Positions 54,597 through 64,000 of a DNA stretch of 64,000 bases are shown here, in pieces. Source of the DNA: Candidatus Eiseniibacteriota bacterium (GTDB taxonomy: Bacteria > Eisenbacteria > RBG-16-71-46 > SZUA-252); contig OY969801.1 in assembly GCA_963703225.1 (NCBI GenBank), forward strand, positions 2,944,001-3,008,000. Reading direction: 5' to 3'. How positions within the stretch are numbered: the first letter of the stretch is position 1; every line of letters starts with the position of its first letter. Below the pieces are notes generated by a model. It did no database searches, had not been told where the DNA came from, and saw only the letters and a program-made list of their open reading frames with translations. Made by a program: the position numbers and the translations under genes.

Positions 54597-56323
54597 GTGC
54601 GGCTCTCCATGGGAATCGTCGCGCCCGAGCTGAGCGGATCGAGCTCCGCGCGAGCACTCGGGAGCTCCGGATGGGATGGCGCCGGCGTCCCGGCGCGCTG
54701 ACGGGATCTCTTCTCGATCTTGTCCAGTACTTGCAGGAACACGTCGACGATCGTCGGGTCGAAGGGGGTTCCCCAGTTCTCGGCGATCACCTGGCGCGCC
54801 TTCTCGGCGGGCAGCGCCCGGCGGTACGGGCGTTCGGCCGTCATCGCCACGTACCCGTCAACCAGGGAGACCACCCGCGCTCCGAGAGGGATTTCGGTGC
54901 CCCGGATGCCGCGCGGATATCCCTCGCCCCCCCATCGCTCGTGGTGGTTCAAGACGACCTCGACCACTTCCTTGGGCAGGTTCATCTCTTCCAGGATCTG
55001 CGCGCCCCGCGTCGGGTGCTGCTTGATGAGCGCCCACTCGTCGTCGGAAAGGTGCGCCGGATTCTTGAGGATCACGTGGCTGACGGTGATCATTCCGATG
55101 TCGCGAAGCACCGCGCCGTAGATGAGCGCCTTGAGCGATTCGCGCGGGTAATTGAGGAGCTTGGCGGTCGCGGTGACGTAGCGCACGACCCGCTCGGTGT
55201 TCCCCTTGGCGTAGGGGTCCCGGCTCTCGATGAGGGACATCATCCCCCGCACCAGGCCGAGGTTTCGGTCCTCCTGCGCGCGGTGGAAGCGCGCGTTGGC
55301 GATGGCGACGGCCCCTTGGTGGGCGAGCGTCGTCAGGAGGTCTCGCTCGTCCTCTTGAAATCCTCGCCGTCCGCCGCGACCGCCCAGGAGCAGTACTCCC
55401 TCCAGGTCGCGCCTCACCCAGAGAGCCACGCCCCACTCGAAGCCGGACTGGCGCAGCGCTTCCATGGTCTCTCCCGATCCTTCCGTGTCGCGGATGTCCG
55501 CCACACGGAAGAAGCTCTGCTCCGCCGCCACGCTCCGAAACGGCACCGGCGAGACCGCGAAGTCCTGGAAGTGGCCATGGGGGAAGCCGCGCACCTGCTT
55601 CGGAAGCAGCACTCCATCCCTCCGCGGATCGGAGAGAAAGATCGCCAGCCGATCGACGCCGAACTGTCCCATCACGCTCAGGCTGAAGAGATTCAGCACC
55701 TCCTCGACGTCGAGCGCGAGATTGAGGGCCCGCGTGATCTCGAAGAGGTTCCGGAACTCGACGATCTTGAGCTTGAGCTTGGACTGAAGGGATGCCACTT
55801 CGGGCAGGACCGAGACGGCCGTTCCTCCCGGCTGAGCCACCGCGGGCCGGGGCGCCGAACCGGCGGGGACCGATGGCGTCGCGGGCACGACCTCGAGCGC
55901 GGGGCGCGGCACGACCGGCGGCGTGGCGGACGGGCCGGCGGTCGCCGCCGGGGTCGCGGCGGAGGCCGTGGTGGCCGGTGCGGCCGGGCTCTGCGGCGGG
56001 GTGGACGATTCCTGCGCGTTCGGCTCGTAGAGGATCGCTTCCACCTCCGCGAGCGACGCGCGGATCTCAGCGCCCAGGCCGGCAACGTGGATCTTCCGCT
56101 CCGTCTCCTCGTACACCCGACCCTGACGCGCCAGGACGTTGCTGGCCAGGGTGCTGATCGAGGTCACGCGGCTGAAGTCGAGATGGACCGTGCGCGCGCC
56201 GCGGGCCTGGCACTCGAAGAGGAGCCGGTCGAGCGACCGGGCGCCCTGCGCGTCGATCACGCCCTCGAGAGCGAAACGAAACCGATCCCGCGACCCGACG
56301 CGTTCGATCTTGAGCGCTTTCAC
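54593..56323 (-). CDS. STAS-GAF-HD-GYP protein with a degenerate HD motif
   Basis: STAS (LEGVIDA, LDFSRVTSIST), Pro/Ala linker, GAF; DPYAKGNTERV, LRDIG (HD->RD) and HHERWGGEGYP. Confidence 0.82.
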   Translation of the reverse strand: MKALKIERVGSRDRFRFALEGVIDAQGARSLDRLLFECQARGARTVHLDFSRVTSISTLASNVLARQGRVYEETERKIHVAGLGAEIRASLAEVEAILYEPNAQESSTPPQSPAAPATTASAATPAATAGPSATPPVVPRPALEVVPATPSVPAGSAPRPAVAQPGGTAVSVLPEVASLQSKLKLKIVEFRNLFEITRALNLALDVEEVLNLFSLSVMGQFGVDRLAIFLSDPRRDGVLLPKQVRGFPHGHFQDFAVSPVPFRSVAAEQSFFRVADIRDTEGSGETMEALRQSGFEWGVALWVRRDLEGVLLLGGRGGRRGFQEDERDLLTTLAHQGAVAIANARFHRAQEDRNLGLVRGMMSLIESRDPYAKGNTERVVRYVTATAKLLNYPRESLKALIYGAVLRDIGMITVSHVILKNPAHLSDDEWALIKQHPTRGAQILEEMNLPKEVVEVVLNHHERWGGEGYPRGIRGTEIPLGARVVSLVDGYVAMTAERPYRRALPAEKARQVIAENWGTPFDPTIVDVFLQVLDKIEKRSRQRAGTPAPSHPELPSARAELDPLSSGATIPMESRT

Positions 56324-58026
56324 TCGGACTTGGCCTCCGTTCCGTCCTCTTCGCGCCTCAACCGGCGGACCAGCGCGCTCGGGTTCAATACGAGGATCAC
56401 CGTGGAATCGGGCGAGACGATTCCGCCGAGCACTTCGTCCACCGGACAGAGCCGCGACGGAAGCGCGCTGAGCCGTGCGTTCTCGCGCCAGACGATTCGA
56501 TCAAATCCGACGACCACCGCTCCCCCGCCACAGCGGAGGATCGCGAGCGGCCGGTTCTTCGCTTTCAGGCCGTCGCTCTCGATCCCCGACTCGCTGGCCG
56601 CGGCCGCTCCGCCGTAGACGGCGGCCTCCGCGTCGCCCAGGATTCCACGACCAAAGAGCGCCCCCAGCGGATGAACCGGACCGCGCACCACGCTCCCGCT
56701 CCACTGAAGCTCGTCCTCGGTCGCGTGGATCCGCTCCACGGCGCTCCAGGGCAGCGCGATCCGCTGCCCGGCCGCTTCAACAATGAGGAAGCTCCGGAGC
56801 GAGCGGGCCATCGGAAACTGAATCCGGAGGGACGCGATGTCGGTTCCTCCTCCCTGAACGCAGACAAATCCGCCGAGCCCCTCGAGCGCCGTTTCCAGCT
56901 GGGCGATCCCCACGGGATCGAAGGCGAGAAATCCCTCGATCGCGAGTCGAGCCTCCAGCCCCTCCCGGGCCGCGTTCACCCGGATCTCCACCGGCCCTTC
57001 ATCGGTGTCGGAGGGCTTCGCCGTCTCGAGGAGGCGCAGGATCAAAGGAAGCAGGATCGATCCGATCTCGGGCTCGAAGCCAACCCCGCCCGTATGGACC
57101 GTCAGGACCGGGGACCGTGCCCCGTCCGAGCGCCTGGAGACCGCGGTGTACATGTCGTCGACGAAGCGATCGAGCGGGTCGAGAAACTCCCAGAGCAGAT
57201 GCTCGTCCAGATCCCGCGCGCGCCTCTCGAGCGAGTACTGGAGCCCCAGAAGGTGGTTCATCTCGTGCGAGAGCGTGCGGAGCCCGGAGGCCGCCTCCTG
57301 AAGCTGCTGGTGCACGGAGAGCGTGCGGCCATCGTGGGATTCGGGCGAGCGCGACGCGCCCCCCGACATCCGCCGCCGCTCGGCCCCCTTCACGTGGACC
57401 TCCCAGTCGGAGAGCGCGGCCTGGAGCGAGCGGAGCGTCGAGTCCAGCGTTTCGTTCATGGAGCCGATCCGCTCGTTCTGGTGGACGAGCGCGCTCTTGA
57501 TCTCGAACGTCAGGGCGAGGAGATTCTCGTGCGGCCCGACGTCGGGGGTCGACTCGTCGATCACGCCGCGCGACGCCGCCATGGCCTGGGCTTTCGCCCG
57601 GGTCATCCCGTTCCGCAGGCTGTCGATGGCATCGCCGACCATCCCCGCGTGCGCGAGGAGCGCGCCGAATCCGTCCGTACGAAGCTTCTCAGCGAGCTTC
57701 GCCTCGGCCTCCAATGCCACGTTGCAGTGGGCCACCATTTCCTGGCGCTGGGTCGGGCGGAGCTGGTCGAGCTGGGACAGCGTCTCCCGCAGCTCCAGCG
57801 CGAGATTCGCGACCTCGGTCAGCTCCAGCCACTCGGCGCTCCGCTCCACCAGGCGCACGGCGAGGTCGACGATGGGGGTCATCTCGCTGGACTCGAGATC
57901 GACCTGCTCGCTCTCGAGGAAGCGCCTCACGACCTCGATCTGTTCCTTGATCAGGGCGCTGAAGGTCGCGCTCAAGCGCGACATGATCTGGGCGTGGCTC
58001 AGGTGCTCGGAAGCGGCGGTTCGCAT
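56320..58026 (-). CDS. Degenerate CheA-like protein (pseudo-Hpt, eroded HATPase, CheW/P5 domain)
   Basis: AVRLVERSAEWLELTEVANLALELRETL (Hpt lacking His), LGGFVCV..LRIQFPMARSLRSFLIVEAAGQRIALPWSAVERI and LGGIVSPDSTVILVLNP. Confidence 0.72.
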   Translation of the reverse strand: MRTAASEHLSHAQIMSRLSATFSALIKEQIEVVRRFLESEQVDLESSEMTPIVDLAVRLVERSAEWLELTEVANLALELRETLSQLDQLRPTQRQEMVAHCNVALEAEAKLAEKLRTDGFGALLAHAGMVGDAIDSLRNGMTRAKAQAMAASRGVIDESTPDVGPHENLLALTFEIKSALVHQNERIGSMNETLDSTLRSLQAALSDWEVHVKGAERRRMSGGASRSPESHDGRTLSVHQQLQEAASGLRTLSHEMNHLLGLQYSLERRARDLDEHLLWEFLDPLDRFVDDMYTAVSRRSDGARSPVLTVHTGGVGFEPEIGSILLPLILRLLETAKPSDTDEGPVEIRVNAAREGLEARLAIEGFLAFDPVGIAQLETALEGLGGFVCVQGGGTDIASLRIQFPMARSLRSFLIVEAAGQRIALPWSAVERIHATEDELQWSGSVVRGPVHPLGALFGRGILGDAEAAVYGGAAAASESGIESDGLKAKNRPLAILRCGGGAVVVGFDRIVWRENARLSALPSRLCPVDEVLGGIVSPDSTVILVLNPSALVRRLRREEDGTEAKSE

Positions 58027-58057
58027 TCGCCTGAGTTCCTCCGCGTGTCTTTCTGGG

Positions 58058-59548
58058 TCAGCTCGGGTACCCGGGCGCCGGCTTCAGGCGCTCGAGCATA
58101 AGGATGTGTTCGGGCGGCGCGTCGTCCCGCGGCGATGCCTGAAGCGGGGGCTCTGGCGCCAGATCCGAGGCCATCTCGATCGGCGGTGGTACCTCCCGCA
58201 TGGGCGCGTTCTCGTCGTCTTGCGTCTCATCCGCGCGGGACGGGTACGCGACCTCATCCAAACGGCTGGCGCGCTCGATCTGGAACGTCGAGGCGTCTCC
58301 ATAGTCCGGCGATCCGCCTCCGGAGCCGCCCGCCGTGCCGCCACCGTCGTTGCCGCCATCGTTGCCGCCACCGTCGTTGCCGCCGCGGTCGCTGCCGCCA
58401 CCGGCGCCGCGCGCCGATGAAGTGGCCGCGGTCAAAGTCTGCCGCACTTCGCGGGCACGCTGGAGCAGCGCCTCGACGGAATCGAGGTGCGTCGGCGGGA
58501 GCGAGAGCGTGGGCGGGGGCGACCCGGAGAGGGCGGCGATGCCCATCTTGGCGTCCTCGCTCGTCGAGTGGATGGCGGTGATCGTCTCCCCCACCTTGTA
58601 TTCGATTTCGCTCGCAAGTCTGGAGATCGTGTCCGTCGCTTCGCGCGCGAACTCGGCGAGACGGCGCGTCTCCTCCGCGATGGCGGCGAAGGCTTCGCTC
58701 CCCGATCGGGTCGCTTCCAGCGCGGCATTCAGCGCGAGCAGCGTGGCGCGGTTGGTGACGCGCTCCGCCACCGAAGCCAGCTCGTTGGCCCTCATGAGCC
58801 CGGCCGCCAGATCCTCAATCCCGTCGGCCGCGGTGTGCACCACCTCGTCGACCAGCTGCGCCGGGGTCCGCGAGGCGCCATCCGAGGAGGGCGACACGGA
58901 GACCGCGGGGATGGGCCGCGAGAGCATCCGGGTGAGCGACTCCAGCCCGGAGATCAGCGCGTCGATGCCGCGCAGCGCCTCCGCGCGGACGCGGGGGTCG
59001 AACGCCGGTGGATCGTTCGCGTCGGCCGGCCACGGCTCCGGGAGAGGAACGCCGTCCACCCCCACCAGCTCGGCCTCGTCAATCGCGATGCGGCTCACCA
59101 CCGGTCCCGAAGCGCTCGCTTCGCGAGCCGCCTGGAGGAGCGCGTTGAGCGGCCCGAGCCCCAGCTCCGACACGGCGGTCAGCGGGTCTCGCCCACCCTT
59201 GTAGCTCGACGTGGCCACCTCGATTTGGCGACGCAGCGACTCCAGCTCGAGGAGGGCGGGCCCGGCGGTCTTCTTGTCCTCCTCCAGCTCGCGGATCTGA
59301 CGGCGAAGCGCGACGTCGATGTGCTCGCTCGGCGCCTTCACCAGCACCAGGGCCGAAGCGCCGCCGAGAACGGCGAGGACGCCGGCGGCCACCCAACCGG
59401 CCGTTCCCGGTACGAGATGACCCGCGGCCCCTGCCACGAGCGAGGCGAAGACGGTGACACCGAGGACGGCCCAGGGAGGCGAGGCCTCCTCCGCGCGCCG
59501 GCTCTCACGCCGGGTGTTCGGGCTCTTGTCGCGCAGGGTCTCTGCCAT
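58058..59548 (-). CDS. Atypical MCP-like protein (2 adjacent TMs, short signalling hairpin, acidic tail)
   Basis: NRATLLALNAALEATRSGSEAFAAIAEETRRLAE; no periplasmic domain and no recognisable HAMP. Confidence 0.78.
   Translation of the reverse strand: MAETLRDKSPNTRRESRRAEEASPPWAVLGVTVFASLVAGAAGHLVPGTAGWVAAGVLAVLGGASALVLVKAPSEHIDVALRRQIRELEEDKKTAGPALLELESLRRQIEVATSSYKGGRDPLTAVSELGLGPLNALLQAAREASASGPVVSRIAIDEAELVGVDGVPLPEPWPADANDPPAFDPRVRAEALRGIDALISGLESLTRMLSRPIPAVSVSPSSDGASRTPAQLVDEVVHTAADGIEDLAAGLMRANELASVAERVTNRATLLALNAALEATRSGSEAFAAIAEETRRLAEFAREATDTISRLASEIEYKVGETITAIHSTSEDAKMGIAALSGSPPPTLSLPPTHLDSVEALLQRAREVRQTLTAATSSARGAGGGSDRGGNDGGGNDGGNDGGGTAGGSGGGSPDYGDASTFQIERASRLDEVAYPSRADETQDDENAPMREVPPPIEMASDLAPEPPLQASPRDDAPPEHILMLERLKPAPGYPS
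58337..58401. repeat. Short tandem repeat (12-15 bp units) encoding GGND/GGGND
   Basis: GCCGCCACCGTCGTT / GCCGCCATCGTT / GCCGCCACCGTCGTT / GCCGCCGCGGTCGCT. Confidence 0.7.
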
Positions 59549-59561
59549 GTTCAGGGCCTCC

Positions 59562-60050
59562 TCAATGGCCGGCCGCGGAGGGCGGAGTAGCCCCCGACGG
59601 CGGCATGATGGAATCGATGATCGACCAGTAGTTGAGGCAGTGGATCCGGAGATCGCCCGATTCGAAGACCGACTGGATCATCGATGCGAGTTCGGGGTCG
59701 GCGGCCGAGAGCTCCGCTTCGCGCAGCTCCTTGGCGGGAACCAGGTGCGGAATTTCGGGAATCATCACCCCGAAGCGATCGGTGCCCCGCGTCAGGACGA
59801 GCGCGTAAGAGGAGTTGATCGATCGCGCCCCATCCAACCCGAGGTAGTTGGCGATCTCGAACGTGGGGACCATCGTCCCACGGAACGCGATGACGCCCGA
59901 GAGAGGCTCGCGCTGATGCGGCAGCGGGGCGGGGTGGTCTGCTTGCATCAAACCAGCCACCTCCTCGACACGCGCCCCAAACCAGATGCCTCCGAGGCAG
60001 TAGGCGAGGACGCCGCGCGTCCTATCGCTCACCGCCGACTCGCTGCGCAT
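59562..60050 (-). CDS. cheW: CheW-like coupling protein
   Basis: LAYCLGGIWFGARVEEVAG and PLPHQREPLSGVIAFRGTMVP; GGAGGGAG RBS. Confidence 0.8.
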   Translation of the reverse strand: MRSESAVSDRTRGVLAYCLGGIWFGARVEEVAGLMQADHPAPLPHQREPLSGVIAFRGTMVPTFEIANYLGLDGARSINSSYALVLTRGTDRFGVMIPEIPHLVPAKELREAELSAADPELASMIQSVFESGDLRIHCLNYWSIIDSIMPPSGATPPSAAGH

Positions 60051-60101
60051 CGTCGACTCCCTCCGTGAACCCAAGGACCCCGTAAAGTGTTGTCAGACAA
60101 C

Positions 60102-60165
60102 GCAAGTAGCGTGCCACGAGTGGCTCATCCGAGCCGTATCTAATCCCATGTGAATCAACGTGTTA
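60102..60165 (-). promoter_or_regulatory. Sigma54 promoter plus IHF site for the cheW-MCP-pseudoCheA-HD-GYP operon
   Basis: Consensus TGGCACGCTACTTGC (minus strand, 60102-60116); AATCAACGTGTTA (60153-60165) matches WATCAANNNNTTR exactly. Confidence 0.8.
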
Positions 60166-60529
60166 GGTCTTGTAACCAGGGCTCGTTCGGGGGCCTCCCG
60201 GCCACCCTTCCCCACTTTCCATCGGGCACGATGCAAACCGGCCCGCATCCCGCAATCCCTTGAGCCCCCAAGCCCTGGGTCCTTCAACCCGCTATTTCGG
60301 CTGAAAGAAACCAGTTCCTGAGCCAAATCGGCCTCGCGGCGGACGGAAAATTTTCAGCCGGTCTGACTAAATAATTGCGGCTCTTTGGATTGGATCAGGG
60401 CCCTCGGGCCCACTTCGGGGCGGCATGGAGGATGCATGACAGGGTGGTCGGATGTTGCGAGATGGGTCTTCTAAGGGGACCCCAGGAAGTTGATCTCAAC
60501 GCAGGAACGACGGAGAGCTGAGGTAAGCC

Positions 60530-61309
60530 ATGACGGCAGCCCGCAAGTATCTAGCGAGCAAGACGAACCCACGGAAGGTGCGGCCCACCGCGTACGTTGC
60601 GATCAACTGCCTCTTGCTGACGAAAGCCAGCGGGACCCCCAAGAACGGCGACCCGCTCCCTCAAGAGGACGTGGACGCGTACCTCGCCGCGCTCAAGGAT
60701 CAGATCGAAGCGCACGTTCCGCTTCCTCCCGAACGCTCGCGCCTGCTCTCGCGCTATGACGTTGCCGCCTGGAGGCGGCTGGCCGGCGCGCAGCGCGGCG
60801 CGCTTCGCTACAAGATCTACCGGACGCCGGAAGATCTACTGCTCGTCTCGGTCGGCCACTTTGAGCACAACGGCCCGCACGTCCCCAATCGCCGCGAGGG
60901 AATCATCACCGGCGAAGAGGCCGACGTGGGCCGGAGCCCGAACTGGTACCACTTCTCCTATACGTACGGTGAGCTGCTGGAGAATCCAACCGCTGCCATG
61001 GGCGGGCTCCTCGAAAAGCTGACGATGGCCGTCGAGCGCTACCACAAGATGCTCTCGCACATGCGCGGGGAGTACTGGAGCTTCTCGAAGCGCTTCAAGC
61101 GCGCCCAGGTACTGCGCATCGAGCGGAGCGTTGACGAGGAGGCCCGCGAGGAGACGCTGCGGGCGATGCAGGATCAACTCCTCGACGCCTATTCGGAGTG
61201 GAAGCGGACCGGCGAGCGGAAGCACCTGGATCAGATCCGGGGGCTGACCCGCGAGATCCGGCTTCTATCCCCTGACTTTCAGTTTTCGCTACCGGCGGGA
61301 GGCGCATAG
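60530..61309 (+). CDS. Hypothetical cytoplasmic protein
   Basis: 259-aa ORF with GAGGT RBS and GC3-rich codons; no family recognised. Confidence 0.75.
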   Translation: MTAARKYLASKTNPRKVRPTAYVAINCLLLTKASGTPKNGDPLPQEDVDAYLAALKDQIEAHVPLPPERSRLLSRYDVAAWRRLAGAQRGALRYKIYRTPEDLLLVSVGHFEHNGPHVPNRREGIITGEEADVGRSPNWYHFSYTYGELLENPTAAMGGLLEKLTMAVERYHKMLSHMRGEYWSFSKRFKRAQVLRIERSVDEEAREETLRAMQDQLLDAYSEWKRTGERKHLDQIRGLTREIRLLSPDFQFSLPAGGA

Positions 61310-61391
61310 CCGGAGCGACATCGATCCCCCCGCGTGCCCTTCGGCCCCCGACCCGACGCTTTACCGGAGGGCACGCACCCCCCCTGCACAC

Positions 61392-61421
61392 CGATAGCCG
61401 GCGCCGTAAGGCCGGCTATCG
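61392..61421. terminator. Hairpin between convergent genes (probable terminator)
   Basis: CGATAGCCGGC-N8-GCCGGCTATCG, a perfect 11-bp stem. Confidence 0.6.
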
Positions 61422-61455
61422 CACTTTGTGCGATCGCCCGGCGCCGCGAGGCGGG

Positions 61456-63637
<2,182 letters not shown>

Positions 63638-63711
63638 GGGATTGGAATGCTCCTTACGGAAAGGCGGCCGGAACGCGCCGGCCTGCCGGCACTTGGACGT
63701 GGTAGCCGCGC

Positions 63712-63785
63712 AGTTTACGTGGAACTCGCGGGGGGTGTCAATCGGGGAGCCCTCCTTGACAGCCCCGAGCCGGGGCTCGTAGAGT
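63712..63785. promoter_or_regulatory. Back-to-back sigma70 promoters (OMP-guaB leftward, tRNA rightward)
   Basis: Minus strand TTGACA-N18-TAAACT (63712-63741); plus strand TTGACA-N18-TAGAGT (63756-63785). Confidence 0.7.
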
Positions 63786-63797
63786 TCGGCGCTCGGC

Positions 63798-63872
63798 GGC
63801 GGTGTAGCTCAGCGGTAGAGCAGGAGAATCATAATCTCTTGGTCCGGGGTTCGAATCCCTGCGCCGCCACCA
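63798..63872 (+). tRNA. tRNA-Met (CAT), elongator type; Ile2 not fully excluded
   Basis: GGCGGTG/CGCCGCC acceptor, GCTC/GAGC D-arm, GGAGA-ATCATAA-TCTCT anticodon arm, TTCGAAT T-loop and encoded CCA. G1-C72 is paired, so it is not the initiator. Confidence 0.93.
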
Positions 63873-63931
63873 ACTTACCCCCTCCGCACGCGGTCGAGGG
63901 TCCTCCATCCCCGAGGCGCTATACTCCTCCC

Positions 63932-64000
63932 ATGAGACCCAATCCTCGCGACCAAACGCTCGAGTACTTCGCCAGCCGGCTCATCCGGACGGAACGGCTC
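63932..64000 (+). CDS. Start of a possible CDS running off the window (MRPNPRDQTLEYFASRLIRTERL...)
   Basis: ATG 6 nt after TATACT; open to the window end. Confidence 0.4.
   Translation, partial: MRPNPRDQTLEYFASRLIRTERL

Noticed and set aside
63798..64000. tRNA-anchored integrative element
   Set aside because: No integrase or duplicated tRNA 3' end is visible in the window; only 128 bp of downstream sequence is available.

Overview
This is a GC-rich (roughly 70%) bacterial chromosomal window. The gene set suggests a diderm soil/sediment lineage such as Ca. Eisenbacteria or a related group, but that is inference only. The housekeeping backbone is coaBC-rpoZ-gmk-yicC, rqcH, selB-murA-prmC-prfA-DUF1385-rpmE-rho, priA, tsaD, a complete F-type ATP synthase operon (atpI apparently fused to atpB), guaB and tRNA-Met(CAT). 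Interleaved with it is an unusually dense signalling region with five parts. (1) A TPR-repeat sigma54 enhancer-binding protein is co-transcribed with a small secreted pro-peptide-like ORF. An 18-bp palindrome upstream of this operon recurs as candidate enhancers in front of a sigma54 promoter that drives a ~240-nt structured non-coding region. This is a candidate peptide -> TPR-bEBP -> sigma54 -> sRNA circuit. (2) A REC-GGDEF gene is followed by two paralogous histidine-kinase/HD-GYP fusion genes and a receiver. (3) A second sigma54-preceded structured RNA candidate lies upstream of the atp operon. (4) An ECF sigma/anti-sigma pair precedes an F5-like chemotaxis operon whose CheA carries an MshEN-like c-di-GMP module. 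(5) A sigma54/IHF-controlled degenerate chemosensory operon encodes CheW, a sensor-less MCP, a kinase-dead CheA, two HD-GYP proteins and an FG-GAP protein. A cluster of +1 frameshifts between 46 and 54 kb is most likely assembly error. No CRISPR array, rRNA or mobile element was seen. All domain calls are from motif recognition by eye; no searches were run.
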